Origin: Macrostomum hystrix
Taxonomy: Eukaryota; Animalia; Platyhelminthes
NCBI GenBank assembly: GCA_950097015.1
Contig: CATNEN010000007.1
Location: 682,001 to 746,000 of the forward strand
Length of the DNA: 64,000 nucleotides
Direction of reading: 5' to 3'
Shown here: piece by piece, positions 53,701 through 64,000 of the stretch
Layout: every line of letters starts with the position of its first letter
How positions within the stretch are numbered: the first letter of the stretch is position 1
Program-made: the position numbers and the translations under genes
Notes under the pieces: generated by a model
Database searches by the model: none
Told to the model about the DNA's origin: nothing
The model's input: the letters and a program-made list of their open reading frames with translations, nothing else

Positions 53701-56561
53701 CGCAGGAAGTCGATCTCGGAAACACCAGCTGCGATGGCCACCTCTGAGATGACGTCCAATCTTCCCTTGTCGAAGCCGAAGTCGATGCAGGATCGGCCGG
53801 AGTGAGTCTCGTACGACAGAGAGAGGCCACGTTCTAGCAGAAATCGAATGTTTTCTTTGTGGCCAGCTTCGCATGCAAAGTGCAAACAAGTCGCCCCAGC
53901 GTAAGGTCCCTTGGAGACCGGGAGCCTGGCCAGGTCGTCTGGAGACATTTCTGAGAGCTCCGCAAGGGGTTCCAGGATGAGCTTCAGTTCGTAGCGTCTT
54001 GAAAATGTGTGAGCCGCGTGCAGGCCTTGCGAGTTGATGAGAGCACGCTTTAGAAACTGGCCGAACACGATTTCCGACGCAGAGTATTTAAGGATTCTCC
54101 CGAGGAATGCCGTTGGAAGTATGGAACAGTGGAGAAAATTCTCGTGGACGTTGTTCTCCGTGCTCGGGTCAACACCTCTGCTACAGAGAAGCTCAATAAA
54201 ACGAAATTGGAATATGGTGGCATTGTGATCGGCGTAGAAATGATTGTCAGGCGGTAGGAATAGCGAGTGTAGCAATGTCCCCTGGCTGAGGTTCGAATGT
54301 TTGAAGGAAATTCTGTCTCCATTCTCGACCAAGAAGTCGTACAGTTTGCCTCGCTGATCCTGCTTCTTGGGCAGCGGCACGTGACGCAGAGCCAGCTGGA
54401 GCGGGGTCTCTCGCTCCTTATTTAGCCACTTCAGACTGTCGAATCCGGCAGACTCCACCGCCTTGGTGAATGTGCCTTGGAAGCCACGCGCGGCATAATG
54501 CAGGCAGGTATTGCCAGCTTCATCTGCCCATTTCAGACTGCTGCGAGTGGTCAGAGCCAGCGAGTGCTCCACCACCGGCCAGCTCTGGTGCTCAAGAAGA
54601 AAATGGAGAGGTGTTTGCTGCATCCGGTTCTTCAACAGAAGACCTTCGTGACCGAACGCGTTCAAGACTTTGGCCCACTCATCTGCTCCATTCAAACTGC
54701 TATTCTTAGCTAGATAGTGCAGGCAAGAGTTGCCATCTGAGTCAGCTAGATTCGGATAGTTTTTAGCTTTGCAAGCAATTTCCAGTAGTTTCATGCAGAC
54801 CTCCGGCTTATGAACCTCGCAGGCGATGTGCAGTGGAGTGCACTGATTGCTGTTCTCTAACAAGATGCACTGCTCCTTATTGTCCGCCATCTTCACCAGC
54901 TCAATGATCATCAGCCCGTTGTCTCTCTTCCTGGCCGCGATGTGGTAGCAAGTGTCGCCGTTTCGATCCTGCATTTGCTGCAGGAAATTCTTCCGTATCC
55001 CATAGTTTAAGGCCATGAAGACTAGTTCAAGCACTGTCTGAGCGTTCTGGTGTCTGCAGGCGATGTGAATCGGGGCCTGCTTCCAGCTATTCAGCTGCAG
55101 CAGGCTTTTCTCCTTGAACTCTGCCCTGCTGACCAGTTCGACAATCAGGCGTCCATCATGCCATCTCTTGGCCGCCATGTGGAAGCAGGTGTTCTTCCTT
55201 TGGTCGCACAAGTTTTCGAGACACTGCCGATCCACACCTTGAGCCAGTTGAACAAGCTGCAGAGCTGTGTCCATGTCCTGGAATTCGCAGGCGATGTGCA
55301 ATGGAGTCTGCTTCCAGCCGTTTTCTGAAAGGAGTGTTTCGTTTCGGACGGCCAATTTTACCAGCTCCGAGATCAGCATTCCGTTGTCTCTCTTCCTGGT
55401 GGCAATGTGAAAGAAGGTGTCACCGTTATGGTCGACCATCTCCAGGCAGTCGGGGTCCGCAGTCATGGCTGTTCTAATGAGCTTCAGCGCTGTGCTGGCA
55501 TCCTGCTTGTCGCAGGCGATGTGAAGCGGCGTCTGTTTCCAGTTGTTCTGCAGCAGCAGGCACCGCTCACTCCCGGCTGTCTGACGAACCAGCTCGGCTA
55601 TCAGAGCCACTTTGTCTCGCTTTCTAGCCGCTAGATGAAAGCAAGTGTCCCCGGCCTGATCTCGCATAGTTTCTAGACAGCGGGGCTCATAGTCCAGCGC
55701 CAGCTTCGCTAGAGCCAACACAGTGGCCGCAGGCTGCTCATCGCAAGCTATGTGAAGGGGCGTCTGCTTCTTGAGGTTTTCAGCCAGCAGCAGCCTGCCG
55801 CTGGACTTGACGATATTGGCCAGCTCAAATATCAGCGTGCCGTTGTCTCTCCGTTTGGCAGCAAAGTGAAAGCAATTTTCGCCATTTCTGTCCTGCATCT
55901 TCTCCAGCCTGACTATGTCCGACTGCAGAGTCGCCTCGATCAAGTCTAGAATAATCTGCGAGCAGTGGCTTCTACAGGCGTACAGAATGGGCGTGCAACA
56001 ATTGTTGTCCTCCTGCAGCATGCAGTCCGACCCGAATGCCTCAAGCAGGGCCTTTAGAGCGAAGGCTCCTCGACTGTCAGAGGCAGCATAGTGGGCTGCC
56101 GTCTTACCTGACGCCAAATTCGTCAGCAACCTCCTGTCTGCCGTGACGCCGCTTGGGAATCCTTTGGCAAGCCGGACCACCTTTTCGAAGTTTTTCGACC
56201 TGGCCGCCTCCAGGAGCTGCTGATGGCCTCCATCTGAGACCACCAGGCGACCGCCGCTGATGGACGGCAGAGCTGTAAAGTGGATGTTCGAGTCCGTGTT
56301 GTCAAATGAGTCGGAGCGGCCTTTCAGTGAAGAGAAAGTCGGACGCGAGGACCTAGGCTCTTCAATAGTGTCGGCTACGACGGCACAGAACTGGGGTCTG
56401 CCAGCCTTCACCGAAGGTGACGAAGGAGTAGTGACTGTGAAGGTGCGAAGTGAAGAACTGCCTGGAGTTGGGGGCGGCGGCGGTGGCGGCGGTGGCGGCG
56501 GTGGCGGCGGTGAGTTCGGGGTCAGCGACAGTAGAGGCGTCATTTCCTGCTCGTCTTCCAT
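50756..56561 (-). CDS. TRP-family cation channel with ~20 N-terminal ankyrin repeats, TRPM-like 6TM/pore/TRP domain and C-terminal coiled coil; exons 56561-51771 and 51286-50756 (1773 aa)
   Basis: Repeated TPLHIAC and G[DN]TCFHxAA ankyrin motifs; KIGPVISIL...DLLPFL, PFYMMFG, NIVMVNLLIALFS, WRRKYY...QEYRHISFLPPP. gag|gtgagc and ttttag|ctg join in frame to the heptad-rich ORF 50756..51208. Confidence 0.9.
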
Positions 56562-56679
56562 GATTCGACACGTTGAGTTCTGATCTAGCGCTGCAGTTTT
56601 GTGAATTCGACGAGATTTTGTTGTCGCTTGCGACCCTCAACTGAAATTGCGAGTTCTCTTGTCACTTTGCTATTCATCC

Positions 56680-56925
56680 ATCAATTCATCAATCCATCCA
56701 TCCATCCATCCATTCATACATTTATTCATCCATCCATTCATCCATCCATCCATCCATCCATCCATCCATTCATATATTTATTCATCCATCAAATCATCCA
56801 TCCATCCATCAGGCCATCAATCCATCTACCCAGTCATTGCTTGATCCATCCATCTATCCATCTATCCATTTATTCATCCATCTATCCATCTATCCATTTA
56901 TTCATCCATCTATCCACTCATTCAT
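56680..56925. repeat. (CATC)n / (ATCC)n microsatellite, imperfect
   Basis: Read directly. Confidence 0.9.
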
Positions 56926-57629
56926 CGATGCAGGCATGAGAAATGAAAGCATGATACCTAATCCAATAATTTCGGCTCACCATAAACGGCTTGGCCGCAG
57001 TGCAATCTCTGCAGCTTACTGGAACGAAAACTGAAAATGCAATAACTTCTTCTTTGTGTCAAAGCCTCTACTTTTTGTCGTTTGGTGCTGTGCCGGCCTG
57101 CACAATGCGCGTCTATAACTACTGTACCAATGTACATTGGTACAGTACTTCTGTGTTCTGAAATGTACATTCAAAGGGCTGAATAGAAGCCGAAATTGCT
57201 TCTATTTTAGCGTTCATGCTATCACACGTGCAGCAAATGGGGGGTTTCAGTAAATGCCTGCCTGGTGCTGCTGCTGAGGGTTTGCGGTCCGTTTGAAGGT
57301 GACTATGCGCCAGTAGTTAAACAGGAAGTTCTTAATTCCAGTTTGACAATTTATGCCGAGTCAAATTGCTTCTGTGACACCTGACCGATACTGCTTTATT
57401 GATTGTTAACAGGTTATCAATGCCCTAAGCAGTGTTAAGATTTGTTTAGGTTCGGTTAAGTACAGTATTGTGTACCGTGTATGTTTCTATCTCACTGTCT
57501 CGCTGTTTAAAACATTTTTCGCTAATTAATGCTAAAACCAATGCTTACAAGTTACAAGTTACAAGTTACAAGTTACAAGTTCACCTAACTTTCTATAGAA
57601 CACAACACTAAATTTCTAACACTTTTCTA

Positions 57630-59050
57630 TCTAACACCAAACTCACTGTCTAACACCAAACTCACTGTCTAACACCAAACTCACTGTCTAACACCAAAAT
57701 TACTGTCTAACACCAAACTCACTGTCTAACACCAAACTCACTGTCTAACACCAAACTCACTGTCTAACACCAAAGTTACTGTCTAACACCAAACTCACTG
57801 TCTAACACCAAACTCACTGTCTAACACCAAACTCACTGTCAAACACCAAACTCACTGTCTAACACCAAACTCACTGTCTAACACCAAACTCACTGTCTAA
57901 CACCAAAGTTACTGTCTAACAGCAAACTCACTGTCTAACACCAAACTCACTGTCTAACACCAAACTCACTGTCTAACACCAAACTCACTGTCTAACACCA
58001 AACTCACTGTCTAACACCAAACTCACTGTCTAACACCAAACTCACTGTCTAACACCAAAGTTACTGTCTAACACCAAACTCACTGTCAAACACCAAACTC
58101 ACTGTCTAACACCAAACTCACTGTCTAACACCAAACTCACTGTCTAACACCAAACTCACTGTCTAACACCAAAATTACTGTCTAACACCAAACTCACTGT
58201 CTAACACCAAACTCACTGTCTAACACCAAACTCACTGTCTAACACCAAAGTTACTGTCTAACACCAAACTCACTGTCTAACACCAAACTCACTGTCTAAC
58301 ACCAAACTCACTGTCAAACACCAAACTCACTGTCTAACACCAAACTCACTGTCTAACACCAAACTCACTGTCTAACACCAAAGTTACTGTCTAACAGCAA
58401 ACTCACTGTCTAACACCAAACTCACTGTCTAACACCAAACTCACTGTCTAACACCAAACTCACTGTCTAACACCAAACTCACTGTCTAACACCAAACTCA
58501 CTGTCTAACACCAAACTCACTGTCTAACACCAAAGTTACTGTCTAACACCAAACTCACTGTCTAACACCAAACTCACTGTCTAACACCAAACTCACTGTC
58601 TAACACCAAACTCATTGTCTAACACCAAACTCACTGTCTAACACCAAAGTCACTGTCTAACACCAAAGTCACTGTCTAACACCAAAATTACTGTCTAACA
58701 CCAAACTCACTGTCTAACACCAAACTCACTGTCTAACACCAAACTCACTGTCTAACACCAAAATTACTGTCTAACACCAAACTCACTGTCTAACACCAAA
58801 CTCACTGTCTAACACCAAACTCACTGTCTAACACCAAACTCACTGTCTAACAGCAAACTCACTGTCTAACACCAAACTCACTGTCTAACACCAAACTCAC
58901 TGTCTAACACCAAACTCACTGTCTAACACCAAAGTTACTGTCTAACACCAAACTCACTGTCTAACACCAAAATTACTGTCTAACACCAAACTCACTGTCT
59001 AACACCAAAATTACTGTCTAACAGCAAACTCATTGTCTAACACCAAACTT
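57630..59050. repeat. 19-bp minisatellite (ctaacaccaaactcactgt), about 75 copies, preceded by a short (ttacaag)n run at 57547-57582
   Basis: Read directly. Confidence 0.95.
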
Positions 59051-59884
59051 ACTGTGTTACAACAAACGGCCTATCTTACAACAAACTTTATATCTAACAC
59101 GTAACTGTGTTTAGCACTTTACTTTCTGTATAACACTTAAATTGTATGTCTAACACTAAACTCTAAGCATTGAAGAAAAATTCCACAGTAAATGAATATA
59201 AAACTTTTTCCTTTTTTCCATTTCTTATTACAGTCTTCATTTTTCGAAAAATTTTGCTACAAACACATTTGTGTCTACTTACTAGCTACAGTAAGCAGTG
59301 AAGAGAATAAACATAGCTGAAATTTTATTGTCTTGAGTTCTTTCGATTTCCGCGGTTATTTGAGTACAGTTTATAATTTAGGATTTTCTTCAGACTTCCA
59401 CAGTTCAGCATCGAAACTTTCGACCCAGTTACCCACCAATGCCATATCTCACCGCAGGTGAATACAGCCACCTTTTTAACATGATTCTAATTAAGATTTT
59501 CAATTAAAAACTGGTTGACCTGCAGAAAAATATTTCATGAGTCACTTCAGAAAAAAATTCCATCGTGGAACCACACAACTTGCACTTTCCATTCCATTTC
59601 TGTAGTATTTTTACCTGCTTTAATTACTGGAGAGTAAATTTTGTCTGCTATACGGGCCAAATGGGCATCTGCATAGTGACTCGCATGTGATCATGTTGAT
59701 CCAGTTTTGAGACCAAACTATAGGGCCTGTTTAGACTTGGCAGACTTTTTTATTGAAAGTATCAGGCATTCACTTTTTAATGGCCTGGGTTTGCGCCGAA
59801 TTTTAAATAAACTTGAGGGTCCAAATGCTAGGCAAGCGAAAATATTCCTTTTGTTGCCATGGTGAAAAACGTAACAAAATGTCC

Positions 59885-61030
59885 ATGTCCAACCAGTGTC
59901 TGTGTGTCACAGTCCAACCAGTGTCTGTGTGTCACAGTCCAACCAGTGCCTGTGTGTCACAGTCCAACAGTGCCTGTGTGTCACAGTCCAACCAGTGTGT
60001 GTGTGTGTCACAGTCCAACCAGTGTCTGTGTGTCACAGTCCAATCAGTGCCTGTGTGTCACAGTCCAATCAGTGCCTGTGTGTCACAGTCCAACCAGTGC
60101 CTGTGTGTCACAGTCCAACCAGTGCCTGTGTGTCACAGTCCAACCAGTGCCTGTGTGTCACAGTCCAACCAGTGCCTGTGTGTCACAGTCCAACCAGTGC
60201 CTGTGGGTCACAGTCCAACCAGTGCCTGTGTGTCACAGTCCAACCAGTGCCTGTGTGTCACAGTCCAATCAGTGTCTGTGTGTCACAGTCCAACCAGTGC
60301 CTGTGGGTCACAGTCCAACCAGTGCCTGTGTGTCACAGTCCAATCAGTGTCTGTGTGTCACAGTCCAACCAGTGCCTGTGTGTCACAGTCCAACCAGTGC
60401 CTGTGTGTCACAGTCCAACCAGTGTCTGTGTGTCACAGTCCAACCAGTGCCTGTGTGTCACAGTCCAACCAGTGCCTGTGTGTCACAGTCCAACCAGTGC
60501 CTGTGGGTCACAGTCCAACCAGTGTCTGTGGGTCACAGTCCAACCAGTGTCTGTGTGTCACAGTCCAGCCAGTGCCTGTGGGTCACAGTCCAACCAGTGC
60601 CTGTGGGTCACAGTCCAACCAGTGCCTGTGTGTCACAGTCCAACCAGTGTCTGTGTGTCACAGTCCAACCAGTGCCTGTGTGTCACAGTCCAACCAGTGC
60701 CTGTGTGTCACAGTCCAACCAGTGCCTGTGGGTCACAGTCCAACCAGTGTCTGTGGGTCACAGTCCAACCAGTGTCTGTGTGTCACAGTCCAGCCAGTGC
60801 CTGTGGGTCACAGTCCAACCAGTGCCTGTGGGTCACAGTCCAACCAGTGTCTGTGGGTCACAGTCCAACCAGTGCCTGTGTGTCACAGTCCAACCAGTGC
60901 CTGTGTGTCACAGTCCAACCAGTGCCTGTGTGTCACAGTCCAGCCAGTGCCTGTGGGTCACAGTCCAACCAGTGCCTGTGGGTCACAGTCCAATCAGTGC
61001 CTGTGGGTCACAGTCCAACCAGTGTCTGTG
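59885..61030. repeat. 25-bp minisatellite (cagtccaaccagtgcctgtgtgtca), about 45 copies
   Basis: Read directly; explains the three + ORFs 59813..61058. Confidence 0.95.
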
Positions 61031-61574
61031 TGTATTAATCCAGTATCCTGGTAGTTAGTCAATTTATATATTTTCGGTTGGAGAAAATAAGTTAACAAAG
61101 TTTTTAAAGTCCAATTCTATTGTAAATTTGTCACAGCTATAATTTGACCCATGAGAGTAAGGGCAATGTCTGTCTGTTTATTAACAGGATCAAGCACTAT
61201 TGCGCACATGTTTTGCGAACAGTCTGAGGGGTTTCTACAAAAAACTGGGTTCCAGTTTTTGTTTAATTTAGCTTTTCAGTAATTAGGTTTCTGCATAGGG
61301 TATAAATGAATCGAACTGTCATACTGCGCCAGTACTCGAAAATTCTGACTAACTAAAATGGCAATCAAATTGCGCACAATTTTTATATCGTTTTGGCTGT
61401 GCAAACGTGATAATTTATTGTATGGAAGCTTTCGTATATTTATTCGCAATCTTCAGGCCATTACACGCCTGATGACTTGCCATAACTACTATATATAAAA
61501 CTTGATCGAGTTAACTATAATCTATCGGCCCCCATAGGTTCATCTTATGATCATCAGTGACAGGTATACGCAGT

Positions 61575-61738
61575 AAACTGAGTTGCAAATATTGATCACG
61601 TACTTGGAGGTCAGGGGTTCGATTCCTGGCTCAGTCGGATCAATTTGGATCTCTTCAGTGGTTCAGCTGGGGTAATTTTGGGCTTTTAATCTTTTGGTGT
61701 CCCACCCAGTCCATGGATTATTATTATTTTATTATTAT
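61575..61738 (+). mobile_element. tRNA-derived SINE, family 2-related copy with (tta)n tail
   Basis: B box gggttcgattcc, then cagctggggtaatt...cccagtccatgga and ttattattat tail. Confidence 0.55.
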
Positions 61739-62719
61739 CAATACACATTCGTTAATCTGAGCTGTTTAACTTTACAACAATCAGAGTTTGCGCTTTTAGA
61801 CCACCCAGGTTGATCCACAGATAGTTTTAGATTTTTCTAAATTTATATACGAGCCGTAGATGCTTATTTTTTATGGAGTCGTCATAAAATAGATTAGTTT
61901 CTAAATGTTAACCCGCCTTTTCAACCAAGATGCAGGCAGGCGGGCAGGCGGGCGGGCAGGCGGGCAGGCAGGTAACAGCAATAGTTGAGAATTAGCTACA
62001 AAAAGGCTAGATTGTTGAGGAACATGAAACCCTGAGTACAATAGGCTATATAATATATCATGAGTAACTGAGCTGGACCTGAGAAGATCTGTAATTACCA
62101 TCTCCTATTAAAATAAGTGTGAGCTCTAAGATATAATGTTGCTTTATATGAATCACAGTTTTGTCTGGGTGGACTTTTTTTGCAGTCAGCTAGTGTCTGC
62201 TCCGTGGACAGGCGCGATTCACGTCCGCTCAGAGCATTTTTTTAATTTCTTCGGGAAAAAGAGATCTATATATACACGGAGCCAAAAAATGAGGAATTCA
62301 AACTATCGTCCGAGGTGTTTTTTATGACTATTAGCTATTGTATAACTAGAATGTTACAAAGGCCTCCGCGGCAGACAGAACCCGGTGCCAGTGTGTCTGG
62401 GGGGAGTTCTGCCCATGCCTATTATAGTTAAGTGTCTTTCCTTTTATATGACTGCCTGCAGACTTCAAGCGCATTGTACTCTACACCCAAGTTAGAAATT
62501 TGAATTCCTCCAGGAAATATCTAGATCTCAAAGAAATAAGACAGACTGCAGACATTGAGAACACTGGAGAAGCGCGGCAGGTTGAGGTCATACTGGAAGA
62601 AGACGCAACATTTGGGGGGGTGGCAAATTATGATTTGGTGCAATTTAGAAGAAAGAATTGTGGTATAAAATTAGATGATATACAAAAAATAAAATACAGA
62701 TGAAAAACAGATGTTAAGA

Positions 62720-63570
62720 TAGAAAGACAGGTGGACAGGTAGAAAGACGGGTGGACAGGTAGAAAGACGAGTGGACAGGTAGAAAGACGGGTGGACAGGT
62801 AGAAAGACGGGTGGACAGGTAGAAAGACGGGTGGACATGTAGAAAGACGGGTTGACAGGTAGAAAGACGGGTGGACAGGTAGAAAGACAGGTGGACAGGA
62901 AGAAAGACAGGTGGACAGGTTGAAAGACAGGTGGACAGGTAGAAGGACAGATGGACAGGTTGAGAGACGGGTGGACAGGTGGAAAGACGAGTGGACAGGT
63001 AGAAAGACGGGTGGACAGGTAGAAAGACGAGTGGACAGGTAGAAAGACGGGTGGACAGGAAGAAAGACAGGTGGACAGGAAGAAAGACAGGTGGACAAGT
63101 AGAAGGACAAATCGACAGGTTGACAGACGGGTGGACATGTGGAAAGACGAGTGGACAGGTAGAAAGACGGGTGGACAGGTAGAAAGACGGGTGGACAGGT
63201 AGAAAGACGGGTGGATAGGTACAGACAGGTGGACAGGTAGACAGAAGGGTGGACAGGAAGAAAGACAGGTCGACAGGTTGAAAGACGGGTGGACAGGTAG
63301 AAAGACGAGTGGACAGGTTGACAGACGGGTGGACAGGTGGAAAGACGAGTGGACAGGTAGAAAGACGGGTGGATAGATAGGAAAGACGAGTGGACAGGTA
63401 GAAAGGCGGATGGACAGGTAAAAAATACGGGTGGACAGGTAGAAGAACGGGTGGACAGGTAGACAGACAAGTGGACAGGTAGACAGAAGGGTGGATAGAT
63501 ATAAAGACGAGTAGACAGGTTGAAAGACAGGTGGACAGGTAGAAGGACGGGTGGACAGGTAGAAATACAG
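62720..63570. repeat. 20-bp minisatellite (agaaagacgggtggacaggt), about 42 copies
   Basis: Read directly; explains minus ORFs 62628..63682. Confidence 0.94.
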
Positions 63571-64000
63571 GAAGAAGATCAAATGGTAAGTCGGATAAAA
63601 AATTAACAAATAAAAATGCTGTCCGTTTTGATTTTGAATGAAATAAATTTTTTAAGTAACCAGCCGACCTTCTTTGACTCATTCAATCTGAAATTTTCCC
63701 ATTCCATCTCCTCCAATGCGTCGGTCGTCTAGAACTTTGCGAGGGGGGAGAGGGGAAAAGCAAGTTAGAGATAGAGAACGAATCTGATTGGCTGGCGCGG
63801 TCTCCGCTTGAAAGTGTGAAGTGGGCCCGCAACCAGTCGCGCCTCGATTCGCAATCCTCAAAAAGAGATGCCGCTTGATGATTTTCCGACTAATCGCTTT
63901 TGTCTGCTCGCAACTCTTCAAGGCCAGAAAATTAGAAACAAAAAACTTGCTCATATATATTTGATTAAACAGATTAAAAAAGCTTACTATTGACCAGCTG

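Noticed and set aside
59813-61058. Cys-rich ~400-aa ORFs
   Set aside because: All three frames are open across the 25-bp array; repeat artefact.
62628-63682. Three ~300-aa minus-strand ORFs
   Set aside because: Translation of the 20-bp array.
63679-63954. 91-aa ORF (MSKFFVSNF...)
   Set aside because: No recognisable domain or strong splice donor. It overlaps a CCAAT box (ctgattggc near 63784) and GC-rich sequence more typical of a promoter or UTR; too weak to call either way.

Overview
Eukaryotic (animal) genomic DNA with GC-rich exons and AT-rich or minisatellite-filled introns. The style resembles a free-living flatworm such as Macrostomum; this is an inference and the species is not shown by the sequence. 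Hand-spliced, frame-consistent minus-strand genes: UTP25/DIEXF (11.0-14.1 kb), TCEANC2 (15.5-16.2 kb), an acyl-CoA oxidase-family gene (20.8-24.2 kb), a very divergent myosin-like gene lacking all three nucleotide-binding motifs (25.2-31.7 kb), COG5 (33.4-39.5 kb) and an ankyrin-repeat channel with a TRPM-type pore/TRP domain (50.8-56.6 kb). The 3' exons of an unidentified plus-strand gene lie at 2.9-8.8 kb. A 6.6-kb CACTA/EnSpm-type transposon (43141-49774; 34-bp perfect TIRs, truncated transposase, intact BEN-like accessory ORF) is nested inside a smaller inverted-repeat element. There is also a LINE 3' fragment, two tRNA-derived SINE families and about 30 distinct tandem arrays; most long ORFs in the supplied track are translations of these arrays. 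Top leads: (1) the motor-dead myosin-like gene; (2) five co-oriented genes whose first coding exons all start at a splice acceptor in phase 0, as expected if a spliced-leader AUG supplies the start codon; (3) the ankyrin/TRPM chimeric channel. No homology searches were run; family calls come from remembered motifs.
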